Assembly (NCBI GenBank): GCA_963733295.1
Contig: CAVTCS010000003.1
Coordinates: 1,120,001 to 1,184,000 of the forward strand
From: Vulcanimicrobiota bacterium
GTDB taxonomy: Bacteria; Vulcanimicrobiota; Vulcanimicrobiia; Vulcanimicrobiales; Vulcanimicrobiaceae
Reading direction: 5' to 3'
Length of the DNA stretch: 64,000 nucleotides
Shown here piece after piece: positions 1 through 9,832 of this stretch. A program made the position numbers and the translations under genes. Position 1 is the stretch's first letter, and each line of letters starts with the position of its first letter. The notes below the pieces were generated by a model that was not told the DNA's origin, searched no databases, and saw only the letters and a list, made by a program, of their open reading frames with translations.

Positions 1-1183
1 GCGCGTCATCTGGCACATGATTCGCGAGAACTTGATCCTCCCATATCTCGACATCGATCTCAAGTACTACGACTTGAGCATCGAGCATCGCGACGCGACC
101 GACGACCAAGTGACGCTCGATGCGGCCCACGCGATCAAGCGGTTCGGCGTCGGCGTGAAGTGCGCGACGATTACGCCCGACGAAGCGCGCGTCAAGGAAT
201 TCGGACTGAAGAAGATGTGGCGTTCGCCGAACGGCACGATCCGCAACGAACTCGACGGAACCGTCTTTCGCGAACCGATCATCTGCCGTAACGTGCCTCG
301 GCTCGTTCCCGGTTGGACCGAACCGATCGTGATCGGCCGCCACGCGTTCGGCGACCAGTATCGCGCCACCGAGATCGCCGTTCCGGGCGCGGGCACTCTA
401 ACGCTGAGGTTCGCGCCGGCCGACGGCGGGCCGCCGATCGACCGCGAGGTCTTCGTTTTCGAAAGCCCGGGTGTCGCGCTCGCGATGTACAACCTCGACG
501 AGTCGATTCGCGGCTTCGCACGCGCTTGCCTCAACTACGGGCTCCAGCGTAAGTGGCCGGTTTATCTGTCAACGAAGAACACGATTCTCAAGACCTACGA
601 CGGACGCTTCATGCAGATTTTCGCGCAGGTGTACGAGAGCGAGTTCAAGCCGCGCTTCGAAGAAGCCGGAATCACGTACGAACACCGCTTGATCGACGAT
701 ATGGTCGCGAGCTGCTTGAAGTGGTCGGGCAAATACGTCTGGGCTTGCAAGAACTACGACGGCGACGTGCAGTCCGACACCGTGGCGCAGGGCTACGGAT
801 CGCTCGGGTTGATGACCTCCGTCCTCATGACCCCCGACGGAAAAACGATCGAGGCCGAGGCGGCGCACGGCACCGTCACCCGCCACTACCGCCTGCACCA
901 GCAAGGGAAACCGACCTCGACGAATCCGATCGCTTCGATCTTCGCCTGGACGCGAGGCCTAACTCACCGTGGGAAACTCGACGCGAGCCCCGACGTCGTG
1001 CGCTTTGCCGAAACGCTCGAACACGTTTGCGTCGACACGGTCGAAGGCGGACAGATGACCAAGGATCTCGCCTCGCTGATCGGTCCGGACCAGCCCTACC
1101 TATCGACGCAGGAGTTCCTCGCCGTGCTCGACGACGAGTTGCAGCTCCGCGTAAGTTGGGCTCTCGCCGGTACGGTTACCTAG
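1..1183 (+). CDS. icd: NADP-dependent isocitrate dehydrogenase (subfamily II), 5' end outside window
   Basis: Motifs [43 protein letters not shown]. Frame stays open upstream of the ATG at 17 (RVIWHM), so the true start precedes the window. Confidence 0.95.
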   Translation, partial: RVIWHMIRENLILPYLDIDLKYYDLSIEHRDATDDQVTLDAAHAIKRFGVGVKCATITPDEARVKEFGLKKMWRSPNGTIRNELDGTVFREPIICRNVPRLVPGWTEPIVIGRHAFGDQYRATEIAVPGAGTLTLRFAPADGGPPIDREVFVFESPGVALAMYNLDESIRGFARACLNYGLQRKWPVYLSTKNTILKTYDGRFMQIFAQVYESEFKPRFEEAGITYEHRLIDDMVASCLKWSGKYVWACKNYDGDVQSDTVAQGYGSLGLMTSVLMTPDGKTIEAEAAHGTVTRHYRLHQQGKPTSTNPIASIFAWTRGLTHRGKLDASPDVVRFAETLEHVCVDTVEGGQMTKDLASLIGPDQPYLSTQEFLAVLDDELQLRVSWALAGTVT

Positions 1184-1210
1184 GCACGGCCTTCTGCGGC
1201 GACCCGGGCC

Positions 1211-2497
1211 CTAGCCGTTCGCGCACCTGAACGTCGCGTACATGTAAGGATATTCGGGCCGGTACCAATTGCGGAAGCTGCGCCGGATGTGGTTGCGGTT
1301 CGTCACCGGCGAAGCACCTTTGACGACGAAGTGGTTGCCGTCGAAGAAGTCCGCCGAGTACTCACGATAGGATGCGAGCGGCGCAAAGCCCGCGAACGGC
1401 GCGAACGCGCTCGAGGTCCATTCCCAGCCGTTTCCGATGAGGTCGGCGACGCCCCAAGCGCTCGCGCCGGCGGGTGAACTGCCGACGGGCTCCGGGTCGA
1501 AGCGGAGGAAGTCGAAGTTCCCGTGGAGGCCGGGCTGCGGCGGCGCGTCGCCCCAGGGGAAGGCCCGTTCTTCGCCGCTCGGCGTGCCGAACGCCGCGCG
1601 GTGATACTCGGCTTCGGTCGGCAGGCGCGATCCGCGCCAGCGCGCGTAGTCCTGCGCCTGTCGCTGCGTGACGTAAACGGGCCAACTGAGCGGCAGCGGA
1701 AGCTCCGCGAACAGCGCGAGGAGATGGAACGCGCCGTCGCGCTCGATCCAGAAGGACGGCACCGGACCTCCCGCGCGCACGAAGGCGAGCCACTCGCCGT
1801 TGGTTACGTTATTGACGTCGATTTCGAACGCGCCGACGTCGACCCCGTGTTCGCCGTACTCGTTATCCCACGCGAATTCGAGCGCGCCGCGACGCACGCC
1901 GAGCCTCGCGCGACCGGCCGGAATCTCGACGCGTCCCCGCGCGAACGGCTCACCCTCGATGAAGGGGGACGCGCGGCCTGCGGTGCGCTTTCGCTCGAAC
2001 GGAAAGCGATGCAGCAAATAAGCGAACGTTTCGTGATGCATCTCTTCGTGTTCGAGGATCGCAAAAGCGGCTTCGCCGCGGTTCAGCATCGGCGAGCGCG
2101 CGGGGTCGTCGAGCTCGGCGTTCGCCAAAGCGTCGAGGACAGCCGCGTCGCAGGCGGCGGCAAAGGCTTGGACCTCTGCGCGCGCCGGCCAGCTCTCGCG
2201 CCCGTGACGGCCGGCGTCGGCTGCATCGGCCGGATCGATTCCTCGGGCGAACAGACGCTGCAGGTTCTCGTCGATCGGCGGACCTCCCAGCGCTTCTTGG
2301 ACGAGCTTCTGGAAGCTGAACGAAGGCAGGTGGCCTTCGTAAAACACCGGCGGGTGACGGAGCGGGATCGGCCGTTCCTCGTAAGCGGCGGGCTCGAAGA
2401 GCGCGAACAGCCCAGCGCTGCGCTTTCGGTTCTCAAGATAGCGTTGCAGCAAGACGCTGCGATCGATGGGCCGGCCGGAACTGATGATCGTCGCCAT
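1211..2497 (-). CDS. EgtB/OvoA-family non-heme iron sulfoxide synthase (DinB_2 + FGE-sulfatase domains)
   Basis: LRHPPVFYEGH and HEEMHHE (H-x3-H-x-E iron ligands), FARGIDP, FGE-like RLPTEAEY and GNGWEW, YREYSADFF with the catalytic-type Tyr. ATG at 2497 follows AAGGA. Confidence 0.8.
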   Translation of the reverse strand: MATIISSGRPIDRSVLLQRYLENRKRSAGLFALFEPAAYEERPIPLRHPPVFYEGHLPSFSFQKLVQEALGGPPIDENLQRLFARGIDPADAADAGRHGRESWPARAEVQAFAAACDAAVLDALANAELDDPARSPMLNRGEAAFAILEHEEMHHETFAYLLHRFPFERKRTAGRASPFIEGEPFARGRVEIPAGRARLGVRRGALEFAWDNEYGEHGVDVGAFEIDVNNVTNGEWLAFVRAGGPVPSFWIERDGAFHLLALFAELPLPLSWPVYVTQRQAQDYARWRGSRLPTEAEYHRAAFGTPSGEERAFPWGDAPPQPGLHGNFDFLRFDPEPVGSSPAGASAWGVADLIGNGWEWTSSAFAPFAGFAPLASYREYSADFFDGNHFVVKGASPVTNRNHIRRSFRNWYRPEYPYMYATFRCANG

Positions 2498-2586
2498 GTT
2501 TTCCTTCAGGGGCGTGCTTCTAGGTTTGTCCGGGACCGTACCCGCACGAGGCCGCAAAACAACCTAGCGCGCACTAGCTCCCGGCG

Positions 2587-3273
2587 TTAGGACAGCGTGG
2601 CCACTGCGCGGGAGGCCACGAGGACGAGCGTTACGAGCGAAATCGACGCTTGTGCCATCACCAATAACTTCGCGCGCCGGCTCGAGGGTTTCGAATAATC
2701 GGGCGGAGTGAACGACGTCGACGTTGCGAATGCGAGGAAAAGGTAATCGGTAAAGTAAGGCTCCCAACCTTGTGCGAGTTCTTCGACTTCCTTTTCCCCG
2801 AAGATGAAATCCGGCGAACCGAGCCTGCCCGCGGCGCGCGCTTCGGGTCCCGCCCGGTCGAGTTGCCAGTAGAAGAGGGCGAAGATCAAGATGTTGATGC
2901 TCCACACGACGGCTGCGGACTCGAGCAGCGTAATGCTGGCGAAGTCGTGTCGATGCGTGATCATGTCGCCGACCAAACGCAACAGCGACGTGAAAATCAT
3001 CGCAAATGTCAGAGCGATGAAGACGAGCACGATCGCGCGCTCGATGCGATGCCATAAGATGCTGGTCGGCTTGAGGCTGATTACAATCATCGGCGTCACG
3101 ACGCACGCGAACGACGTCCACGGAAACCAGTTTGGTGCGGATTGGTAGCGTGCCGGCAAGGATGTGACCATGAGGACGGCCAGGAACAGCACGACGATCG
3201 GCGGCCAGCGTGGTTCGGTTGCTCCATCGGGAAGCGCCTTTAGCGCCACGGTTCGTGTTCCATCAGGCCGCAT
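2587..3273 (-). CDS. DUF1345-like membrane protein
   Basis: Several hydrophobic segments; PDFIF, W-x-PYFTDYLFLAFATSTSFTP and LLVMAQASISL pattern. Start placed at the ATG 2 nt after the upstream stop. Confidence 0.7.
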   Translation of the reverse strand: MRPDGTRTVALKALPDGATEPRWPPIVVLFLAVLMVTSLPARYQSAPNWFPWTSFACVVTPMIVISLKPTSILWHRIERAIVLVFIALTFAMIFTSLLRLVGDMITHRHDFASITLLESAAVVWSINILIFALFYWQLDRAGPEARAAGRLGSPDFIFGEKEVEELAQGWEPYFTDYLFLAFATSTSFTPPDYSKPSSRRAKLLVMAQASISLVTLVLVASRAVATLS

Positions 3274-3275
3274 TC

Positions 3276-4661
3276 TTACGGTTGCTGCGGGCCGAACCTT
3301 CGTGTACGAGCCGCAAGGATGGTTCCCGCGACGACGATCCCAGCGAGTACGAGGACGCCCAAGACGATCAGCCAGACCGCGCGGCCGGTTACGAGGCCGA
3401 ATCCTCCCTCGCCCGAACAGCGGCGAAACTCGTCCGGCGTGAAGTTCGTGGCCGCGCACCAGTAGCTGCGCCAGTTCCGTTCGTCGATTTCGGGAGGTGC
3501 ACCGGCGTCGTAGAGGCGAGCGAAAAGGTCACGCGCTCCGGAATCGCTCGCCAAGCGTTCTTGCAGCCGCGCGAGGTTCGCTGCGTCGAATGCGGTGAGG
3601 CCGAGCGAACGCGTTCCGCCGACGTCACGCCAGCTGCCTCCCAGGAACGCGTGGATTTCGGCTGCGCGAAGTTCCCCGGACGGAGCGACGTCGGCGGTGA
3701 GGAAGGCCGGCGCGTTCCCGAAGATCGGGGAGATGGCCGGGATCAGCAACATCGGGACCGGTTTCGGGGCGTCCGGGTCCACGATGCGATACGCAAAGCG
3801 GTGCGAATGAGCCGAAAGCACGAGCGTTACGTTACTCGCGGGATCTCCCACCAGCGACAGAAACTCGGCCGAAGGCTCGGGCTTCAGGAATGGGATGACG
3901 AGAAAGCCGCGCCCGACCTGCTGGCTCGAGTAAACGTCGATGCCGGGCGGGATGTGTGCGATCACCCAATGGGTGTCGCCGGGCGCTCGCAGCGTCGCCC
4001 GCAGAGCTTCCATGGTCAGGGCTGCGGCGTTCGCCGTCGGACTCGCAGCGCACGAATGGTAGAACGGCGACCAGAAGACGTCGTCGATCACGATAACGTC
4101 GGTGTGCGCAAGAGGCAGTTTCGCGACGTAGAAGCCGCTTCGCGCGAAGGTCTTTGCGAACGAAGGCGCGGCGCCGTGACGGTCGACGAGGGGTGCCCAA
4201 GCGGTGACGACGGTGCGCGCAAACGCGGAGTGCACGTCGAATCCGTAATCGCCGCAACCGGCGTCCTCGTTGCCGAGCGCGATGACGAACTGCGCCTTGG
4301 GAAAGGCGTGGTCGAAGCGCGCGGCAATTTGTTCCATCGTCGCGCTTGCCTTCGGGTAGTCGAAGCGGTGCGACAAGAAATCGCCGCCGATAACGACGAC
4401 CGGCGGATCCGGGTCGACGCGCCGCATCTCGGCGAGCGCCGAGGTGAGCAGCGCAGGATTCGTGTCGCGTTTCTCGGCGACCGGCTCGGGGTTTCGATTC
4501 GCGGGATTGAGGTGGATGTCGCTTACGAACAGCCACGGGCCGGCGGCCGAAGCCGGGGGCCCGCTCGCAAGGCTCGAGCCGAGCGTTACCAGCAACGCGA
4601 AGAAGCGGATTCGAAGCCGAGCCGGAGCGCGCGAGGCTCGCTTAGAGGTCGAGATACTCAC
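3276..4661 (-). CDS. Exported acid-sphingomyelinase-like metallophosphoesterase with C-terminal TM anchor
   Basis: Calcineurin-like motifs SDIH, GGDFL, GNED, AHIPPG, SAHSH; N-terminal signal-like segment and C-terminal hydrophobic helix. GTG start at 4661 is approximate. Confidence 0.75.
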   Translation of the reverse strand: MSISTSKRASRAPARLRIRFFALLVTLGSSLASGPPASAAGPWLFVSDIHLNPANRNPEPVAEKRDTNPALLTSALAEMRRVDPDPPVVVIGGDFLSHRFDYPKASATMEQIAARFDHAFPKAQFVIALGNEDAGCGDYGFDVHSAFARTVVTAWAPLVDRHGAAPSFAKTFARSGFYVAKLPLAHTDVIVIDDVFWSPFYHSCAASPTANAAALTMEALRATLRAPGDTHWVIAHIPPGIDVYSSQQVGRGFLVIPFLKPEPSAEFLSLVGDPASNVTLVLSAHSHRFAYRIVDPDAPKPVPMLLIPAISPIFGNAPAFLTADVAPSGELRAAEIHAFLGGSWRDVGGTRSLGLTAFDAANLARLQERLASDSGARDLFARLYDAGAPPEIDERNWRSYWCAATNFTPDEFRRCSGEGGFGLVTGRAVWLIVLGVLVLAGIVVAGTILAARTRRFGPQQP

Positions 4662-6105
4662 GCAGTCCGGCCAGGCCGCCTTCGCGCCCGAAGCCGGACT
4701 CTTTGTAGCCGCCGAAAGGCGAACTCGGATCGAATTGGTTGAACGTGTTGCACCACACGACACCGGCTTGGAGCCGTTGCGCCGTGTAGAGTCCGAGCTG
4801 TCCGCTCGACGTCCAGATGCCCGCACTCAGCCCGTAGGGTAAGTTGTTGGCGCGCTCGATCGCTTCGTCCGGCGTGCGGAAGGTCATGACCGAGAGCACC
4901 GGACCGAAGATCTCTTCGCGTGCGATACGGTGCGTCGGCGCAACGTCGACAAAGAACGAAGCGGGAAACCAGAAGCCGCGTTCCGGGAAGTGCGCCGAAG
5001 CCTGCACGAGCGTCGCGCCCTCCTCGATGCCGCTCCGGACGAGTTCGACGATGCGGTCGCGCTGCTGCCGCGAGTTGATGGCGCCGATATCGGTGTTCTT
5101 GTCGAGCGGGTCGCCGTGGCGCAGCGTTTCGATGCGCGCCCGCAAACGCTCGACCACTTCAGCGTAGATATCTTCTTGGACGAGCAAGCGCGAGCCGGCG
5201 CAACAGACCTGCCCCTGATTGAAGAAAATCGCGCTGACGATGCCTTCGATCGCCTGGTCGAGCGGCGCGTCGTCGTACAGCACGATGGCGGATTTTCCGC
5301 CGAGTTCGAGCGCGAGGCGCTTTTTGGTGCCGGCGGCCGCGCGGCGGATCTGCTTGCCGACCTCGGTCGAGCCGGTGAACGAGAGCTTGTCGAGGTCGGG
5401 ATGCTCGACGAGTGCGGCGCCGGTCCGGCCGTCGCCGCTCACGACGTTGACGACGCCGGGTGGCAACTCGGCCTCGAGGCACACTTGCGCGAGCAGCAAA
5501 GCACTCAGCGGTGTGGTTTCGGCCGGCTTCAAGACGACCGTGTTGCCGCACGCCAGTGCAGGCGCGATCTTCCAAGCTGCGATCAAGAGCGGAAAATTCC
5601 AAGGGACGATCGCGCCGACGACGCCGAGCGGGCGGCTCCGTTCGGGCGCGCGTGTCGCCCACGCGAGTTTATCGGCCCAGCCCGCGTGATAGAAGAAGTG
5701 TGCCGCAGCTTGCGGTACGTCGAAGTCGCGCGATTCGCGGATCGGTTTACCGCCGTCGAGGGTCTCGAGCACCGCGAATTCGCGCGAACGTTCGCTCAGC
5801 GCCCGGGCGATGCGGAACATGTACTTGGCGCGCTCGCCGGGTCGCAGCTTGCGCCAGTATTTCTCGTAACCGCGCCGGGCTGCGCGGACCGCGCGGTCGA
5901 CGTCGGTAGCGTCGGCGCTCGCCACTTGGGCGAGCGTTTGTTCCGTTGCGGGATTGATCGTCGCGAAGGTCTCGCCCGAAGCCGGCGCGACCCAGTCGCC
6001 TCCGACGTAAAGGCCATAGCGTTCGCGAATCGCAACCGGCGCCGCCGATTCGAGGGAGGGGGCGTACTCGAAGGTCGGCAGCGGGTTGCTCATACTCGGG
6101 GCCAT
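4642..6105 (-). CDS. Aldehyde dehydrogenase (deoC-linked, probably acetaldehyde)
   Basis: PWNFP, FTGST, LELGGKS, GQVCCAGSR, EEIFGPV, PFGGYKESG; TAATG overlap with deoC. Confidence 0.92.
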   Translation of the reverse strand: MAPSMSNPLPTFEYAPSLESAAPVAIRERYGLYVGGDWVAPASGETFATINPATEQTLAQVASADATDVDRAVRAARRGYEKYWRKLRPGERAKYMFRIARALSERSREFAVLETLDGGKPIRESRDFDVPQAAAHFFYHAGWADKLAWATRAPERSRPLGVVGAIVPWNFPLLIAAWKIAPALACGNTVVLKPAETTPLSALLLAQVCLEAELPPGVVNVVSGDGRTGAALVEHPDLDKLSFTGSTEVGKQIRRAAAGTKKRLALELGGKSAIVLYDDAPLDQAIEGIVSAIFFNQGQVCCAGSRLLVQEDIYAEVVERLRARIETLRHGDPLDKNTDIGAINSRQQRDRIVELVRSGIEEGATLVQASAHFPERGFWFPASFFVDVAPTHRIAREEIFGPVLSVMTFRTPDEAIERANNLPYGLSAGIWTSSGQLGLYTAQRLQAGVVWCNTFNQFDPSSPFGGYKESGFGREGGLAGLREYLDL

Positions 6106-6983
6106 TAGATCGTCGCCACGTAGGGCGAGCCCGCGTAGGCGCCGGAGGCTTCCTTGTCGCGTTGCATCAGCAAGTCGTCGAGCAGCGCCGAGGCGCCGAT
6201 CCGAAAACGTGCCGGTTGCAGCCAGGCGGATCCAAGCGTCTCATTGACGATCGCGAGATACCCCAGCGCAGCCTTCGTCGTGCGCACGCCGCCCGCGAGT
6301 TTCAATCCGGCCGCACGTCCGGTCTTACGGAAGTGCTCGCGAATGGCTTCGCTCATCAACAACGCAACCGGAGGCGTCGCGGCCGGCGAGATCTTACCGG
6401 TCGAGGTCTTGATGAAATCGGCCCCCGTTTCGAGCGCGAGATCGCAGGCGCGCCTGATCGCCTGGTACGAGCCCAGCTCTCCGACTTCGAGGATCACTTT
6501 CAGCGTTGCCGGAGCGCTGCTCTCGCGCATTGCTTGGAGTTCGCTCGCAACCCGCGTGAAATGACCCGCTAGGAGTGCGCCGCGATCCACCACGACGTCG
6601 ATCTCATCGGCGCCGGCTGCGACGGCGGCGCGAATCTCTGCGAGCCTCACTGCGAGCGGCGACGATCCACTGGGAAAGGCGCCCGCGACTGCAGCCACCT
6701 TGACGGGACTTGCGCCAAGTTCGCGGCACGCCAATTCGGTGAAGCTCGAATAGACGCAGACCGCCGCGACGTGCGGAGCGCCGCGCCCCGGAGAGTTCGC
6801 GCGTGCGCAGAGCGCCCGGATTTGACCCGGCGTGTCGCGGCCTTCCAGCGTGGTCAGGTCGAGACAGCCGATGAGCAGATCGATGCCCGCTCGTTTTGCG
6901 ACGGCCTTAATCGAGCGCTTCGCCAATACGGTAGCCCTGGCTTCGAGCATTGCCGCGTCGACGCGAGCGTAGGCGCGCCCCAT
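6105..6983 (-). CDS. deoC: Deoxyribose-phosphate aldolase
   Basis: DLTTL, AAVCVY, GADEID, LKVILE, DFIKTSTGK (Schiff-base Lys), AGGVRT, RIGAS. Confidence 0.92.
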   Translation of the reverse strand: MGRAYARVDAAMLEARATVLAKRSIKAVAKRAGIDLLIGCLDLTTLEGRDTPGQIRALCARANSPGRGAPHVAAVCVYSSFTELACRELGASPVKVAAVAGAFPSGSSPLAVRLAEIRAAVAAGADEIDVVVDRGALLAGHFTRVASELQAMRESSAPATLKVILEVGELGSYQAIRRACDLALETGADFIKTSTGKISPAATPPVALLMSEAIREHFRKTGRAAGLKLAGGVRTTKAALGYLAIVNETLGSAWLQPARFRIGASALLDDLLMQRDKEASGAYAGSPYVATI

Positions 6984-7077
6984 GGCGGGCCATTTCGGCC
7001 CGGCGCACCGCGCCCCCGCTTTAGCCCGGTGCCGGTTGCGGGGGTAGAGGCCCGACGCCGTGCAGAACCTGGGGTTA

Positions 7078-8238
7078 ATGTTTCGTTATCTGACGGCGGG
7101 CGAATCGCACGGTCCGGCGCTCGTCGGCATCCTGGACGGCTTGCCCGCTAAGCTGCGACTCGACTTCGACGCGATCGACGCCGCGCTGCGCGCTCGCCAA
7201 GGCGGCTACGGGCGCGGCGCCCGCATGAAGATCGAGCGCGATGAAGTCGAGTTTTTGGCAGGTGTGCGCGGCGGGTTGACGCTCGGCTCGCCGATCGCGG
7301 TCGTCGTGCGCAATAAAGATTTCGAGAACAACCGCGCGCTGATGGATCCCCGCACGGGCGCCGGCAAGCCGCTCACCAACCCGCGACCGGGTCATACCGA
7401 CTACGCCGGCGCCTTGAAGTATCGCCAACGCGATCTGCGCAACGTCCTGGAACGCGCCAGCGCGCGTGAAACCGCAATGCGCGTCGCGCTGGGAGCGATT
7501 TGCGCCCAGTTCCTCGAGGCGCTCGGGATGCGCACGTTCGCGTACGTGACGCAAATCGGCGACGTCGTGGCGGACGAGCCTGAAACGATCGATCCGGAAC
7601 TCGTCACGGCAAGCGAAGTACGCTGCGCGGATCCTGTGGCCGAAGCGGCGATGCTCGCAGCAATCGACGCAGCCAAGGCAGCCGGCGATACGCTCGGAGG
7701 GACCTATACGATACGCGTGACGGGAGTGCCGGTCGGGCTGGGTTCGAACCGCCAACCCGACACGCGGCTCGACGGCATCTTGGCTGGAGCCTTGATGGGA
7801 ATGCAAACGGTCAAGGCCGTGGACGTCGGTGCGGGCCGGGAGGTCGCAGCGAAACGTGGCTCCGCGGCGCACGACGTCTTCGGTTTCGAGGACGGCAACG
7901 TCGTCCGGCCCTCGAATCGCGCCGGCGGCATCGAGGGCGGTATCTCCAACGGGCAAGACTTGATCTTACGCGCGAGCGTCAAACCGATCCCGACCTTGAT
8001 GAACGCTTTGCCTTCGGTCAACTTGCACGAGGGTAGCGTCGCGCCGGCATCGATCGTGCGCAGCGACGTGTGCGTCGTTCCGGCGGCATCGCTGGTCGGC
8101 GAGGCGATGGTTCGCCTCGCGCTGACCGGACCGGTGCTCGAGAAGTTCGGCGGCGACTCGATCGAGGAAACGGCCGACAACTTGAAGCGCGCCGTCGCTG
8201 CGGCGCAGGCGCTGTTCGAGACGACGCCGTCGCAGTGA
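7078..8238 (+). CDS. aroC: Chorismate synthase
   Basis: N-terminal FRYLTAGESHG, PRPGH, ERASARET, NRAGGIEGGISNG, KPIPTL, RSDVC. Confidence 0.96.
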   Translation: MFRYLTAGESHGPALVGILDGLPAKLRLDFDAIDAALRARQGGYGRGARMKIERDEVEFLAGVRGGLTLGSPIAVVVRNKDFENNRALMDPRTGAGKPLTNPRPGHTDYAGALKYRQRDLRNVLERASARETAMRVALGAICAQFLEALGMRTFAYVTQIGDVVADEPETIDPELVTASEVRCADPVAEAAMLAAIDAAKAAGDTLGGTYTIRVTGVPVGLGSNRQPDTRLDGILAGALMGMQTVKAVDVGAGREVAAKRGSAAHDVFGFEDGNVVRPSNRAGGIEGGISNGQDLILRASVKPIPTLMNALPSVNLHEGSVAPASIVRSDVCVVPAASLVGEAMVRLALTGPVLEKFGGDSIEETADNLKRAVAAAQALFETTPSQ

Positions 8239-8762
8239 AGCGCCACGTCGCGCTGATCGGATTCATGGGTGCGGGAAAGAGCACGATCGGCCGGCGCCTG
8301 GCGCGCGAACTGGAGTTGCCGTTCAGCGATAGCGACGAACTGATCGTCGCGCGCCACGGACCGATCGAAACGATTTTTGCACGCGACGGGAGCGCGGCGT
8401 TTCGCGAATATGAGTACGCCGCGGTTCGAGATCTGCTCGGCGGCACTCCGGCGGTCGTCGCGCTGGGAGGCGGGGCGGTGACGCACCAGCCGACGCGCGA
8501 TCTGTTGGCGCGGAGCGCGCTACGCATTTACCTCGAGGTGCCGCTCGACGCGCTGATCGCGCGGTTGCGGCGCTCGCGCACCGTTCGCCCGGTCATCGGC
8601 GAGGCGCCGACGCGTACGACGGTGCGCGCTCTGCTCGAGTCGCGCGAGCCGCTTTATCGCGAAGCGGAGATCGTGGTACATGCCGCGCGCCGCTCGAAGA
8701 GCGAACTGGCGCGCGAGATCGCTGCCGCGGTGCGTGCCACACGGGAGCCGTGCGCGCGGTGA
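8235..8762 (+). CDS. aroK: Shikimate kinase
   Basis: GFMGAGKSTIG P-loop, LGGGAV, R-x-PLY; GTGA overlap with the aroC stop. Confidence 0.93.
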   Translation: MKRHVALIGFMGAGKSTIGRRLARELELPFSDSDELIVARHGPIETIFARDGSAAFREYEYAAVRDLLGGTPAVVALGGGAVTHQPTRDLLARSALRIYLEVPLDALIARLRRSRTVRPVIGEAPTRTTVRALLESREPLYREAEIVVHAARRSKSELAREIAAAVRATREPCAR

Positions 8763-9832
8763 CGCGACTCGACGAGCTCGGGTACCCGGTCGTCATCGCC
8801 GAGCGCGCGGCACCGCAGGTTGCCGAATTTGCACGCGCCAGGAGCTACCGGCGGACGATCGTCCTGTGCGACCGCAACGTCGCCGAACGTGCCGGCGGCA
8901 TCGCACGCGCCCTCGGACGGGCCACGCCGGTGCTCCCCTTTGCGCTTGGCGAGAAGAAGAAAACGCTGGCGACCTTGGAGCGCATCCTGGACGCGCTCGC
9001 GGCGGAACGGGCCGACCGGGACACGCTCGTCGTCGGCGTCGGCGGCGGGGTGGCCGGCGACCTGTTCGGTCTAGCGGCTGCGCTCTACATGCGCGGCGTC
9101 GCGTTCGTCAACGTCGCGACCTCGCTGGTGGCGATGGTCGATGCCTCGGTCGGTGGAAAGACCGGCGTCGACCTCCGCGCCGGCAAGAATCTGGCGGGCG
9201 TCTTCCGCGATCCGAAAGCCGTGTTTTGCGACATCGGCGCGCTCGACACGCTGCCGGAACGGCACTTGCGCGAGGGCCTCGCGGAATTGCTCAAGCACGC
9301 GATCATCGAAGGGGGCGAGGCGTTCGACGCGCTCGAAACCCTCGCGCCGCACCCGCTGAGACAGTGGCCCTGGGAAACGGTCGTGACCGATTCGTTGCGC
9401 ATCAAGGCGATGATCGTCGGCGACGACAGGCTCGAAGCGGGAGCGCGTGCGACGCTTAATCTGGGTCACACCTTCGCGCACGCCATCGAGCGGAGCACGG
9501 AGTACCGCACCACGCACGGTCAAGCCGTCGCGATCGGCCTGCGCCTAGCCGGCTTGCTGGCGCTGCGGACAGGCCGCTTTTCTCCGGCCGAACATCTGCG
9601 CGTGCTTTCGCTGCTCGCGCTGCTGCGTTTGCCGATGAACCTTCCGAGCGACGACGTGGGCGGCGTGTACGAGGCGATGGGATCGGACAAGAAGGCACGC
9701 GCCGGCGAGCTCCGCTTCGTCTTGCCGCGCGCGCTGGGTGACGTCGAGTACGGCATCGCCGTGCCGGCGCGTTCTGTCCGGGCGGTGCTGGCGCGCGCGC
9801 GGTCGAGTCCAGGAGCCGCAGAGTTTCGTTGA
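8750..9832 (+). CDS. aroB: 3-dehydroquinate synthase
   Basis: GGGVAGD, DASVGGKTG, KNLAGVF, LNLGHTFAHAIE, HGQAVAIG, DKK. Confidence 0.95.
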   Translation: MRAVTRLDELGYPVVIAERAAPQVAEFARARSYRRTIVLCDRNVAERAGGIARALGRATPVLPFALGEKKKTLATLERILDALAAERADRDTLVVGVGGGVAGDLFGLAAALYMRGVAFVNVATSLVAMVDASVGGKTGVDLRAGKNLAGVFRDPKAVFCDIGALDTLPERHLREGLAELLKHAIIEGGEAFDALETLAPHPLRQWPWETVVTDSLRIKAMIVGDDRLEAGARATLNLGHTFAHAIERSTEYRTTHGQAVAIGLRLAGLLALRTGRFSPAEHLRVLSLLALLRLPMNLPSDDVGGVYEAMGSDKKARAGELRFVLPRALGDVEYGIAVPARSVRAVLARARSSPGAAEFR

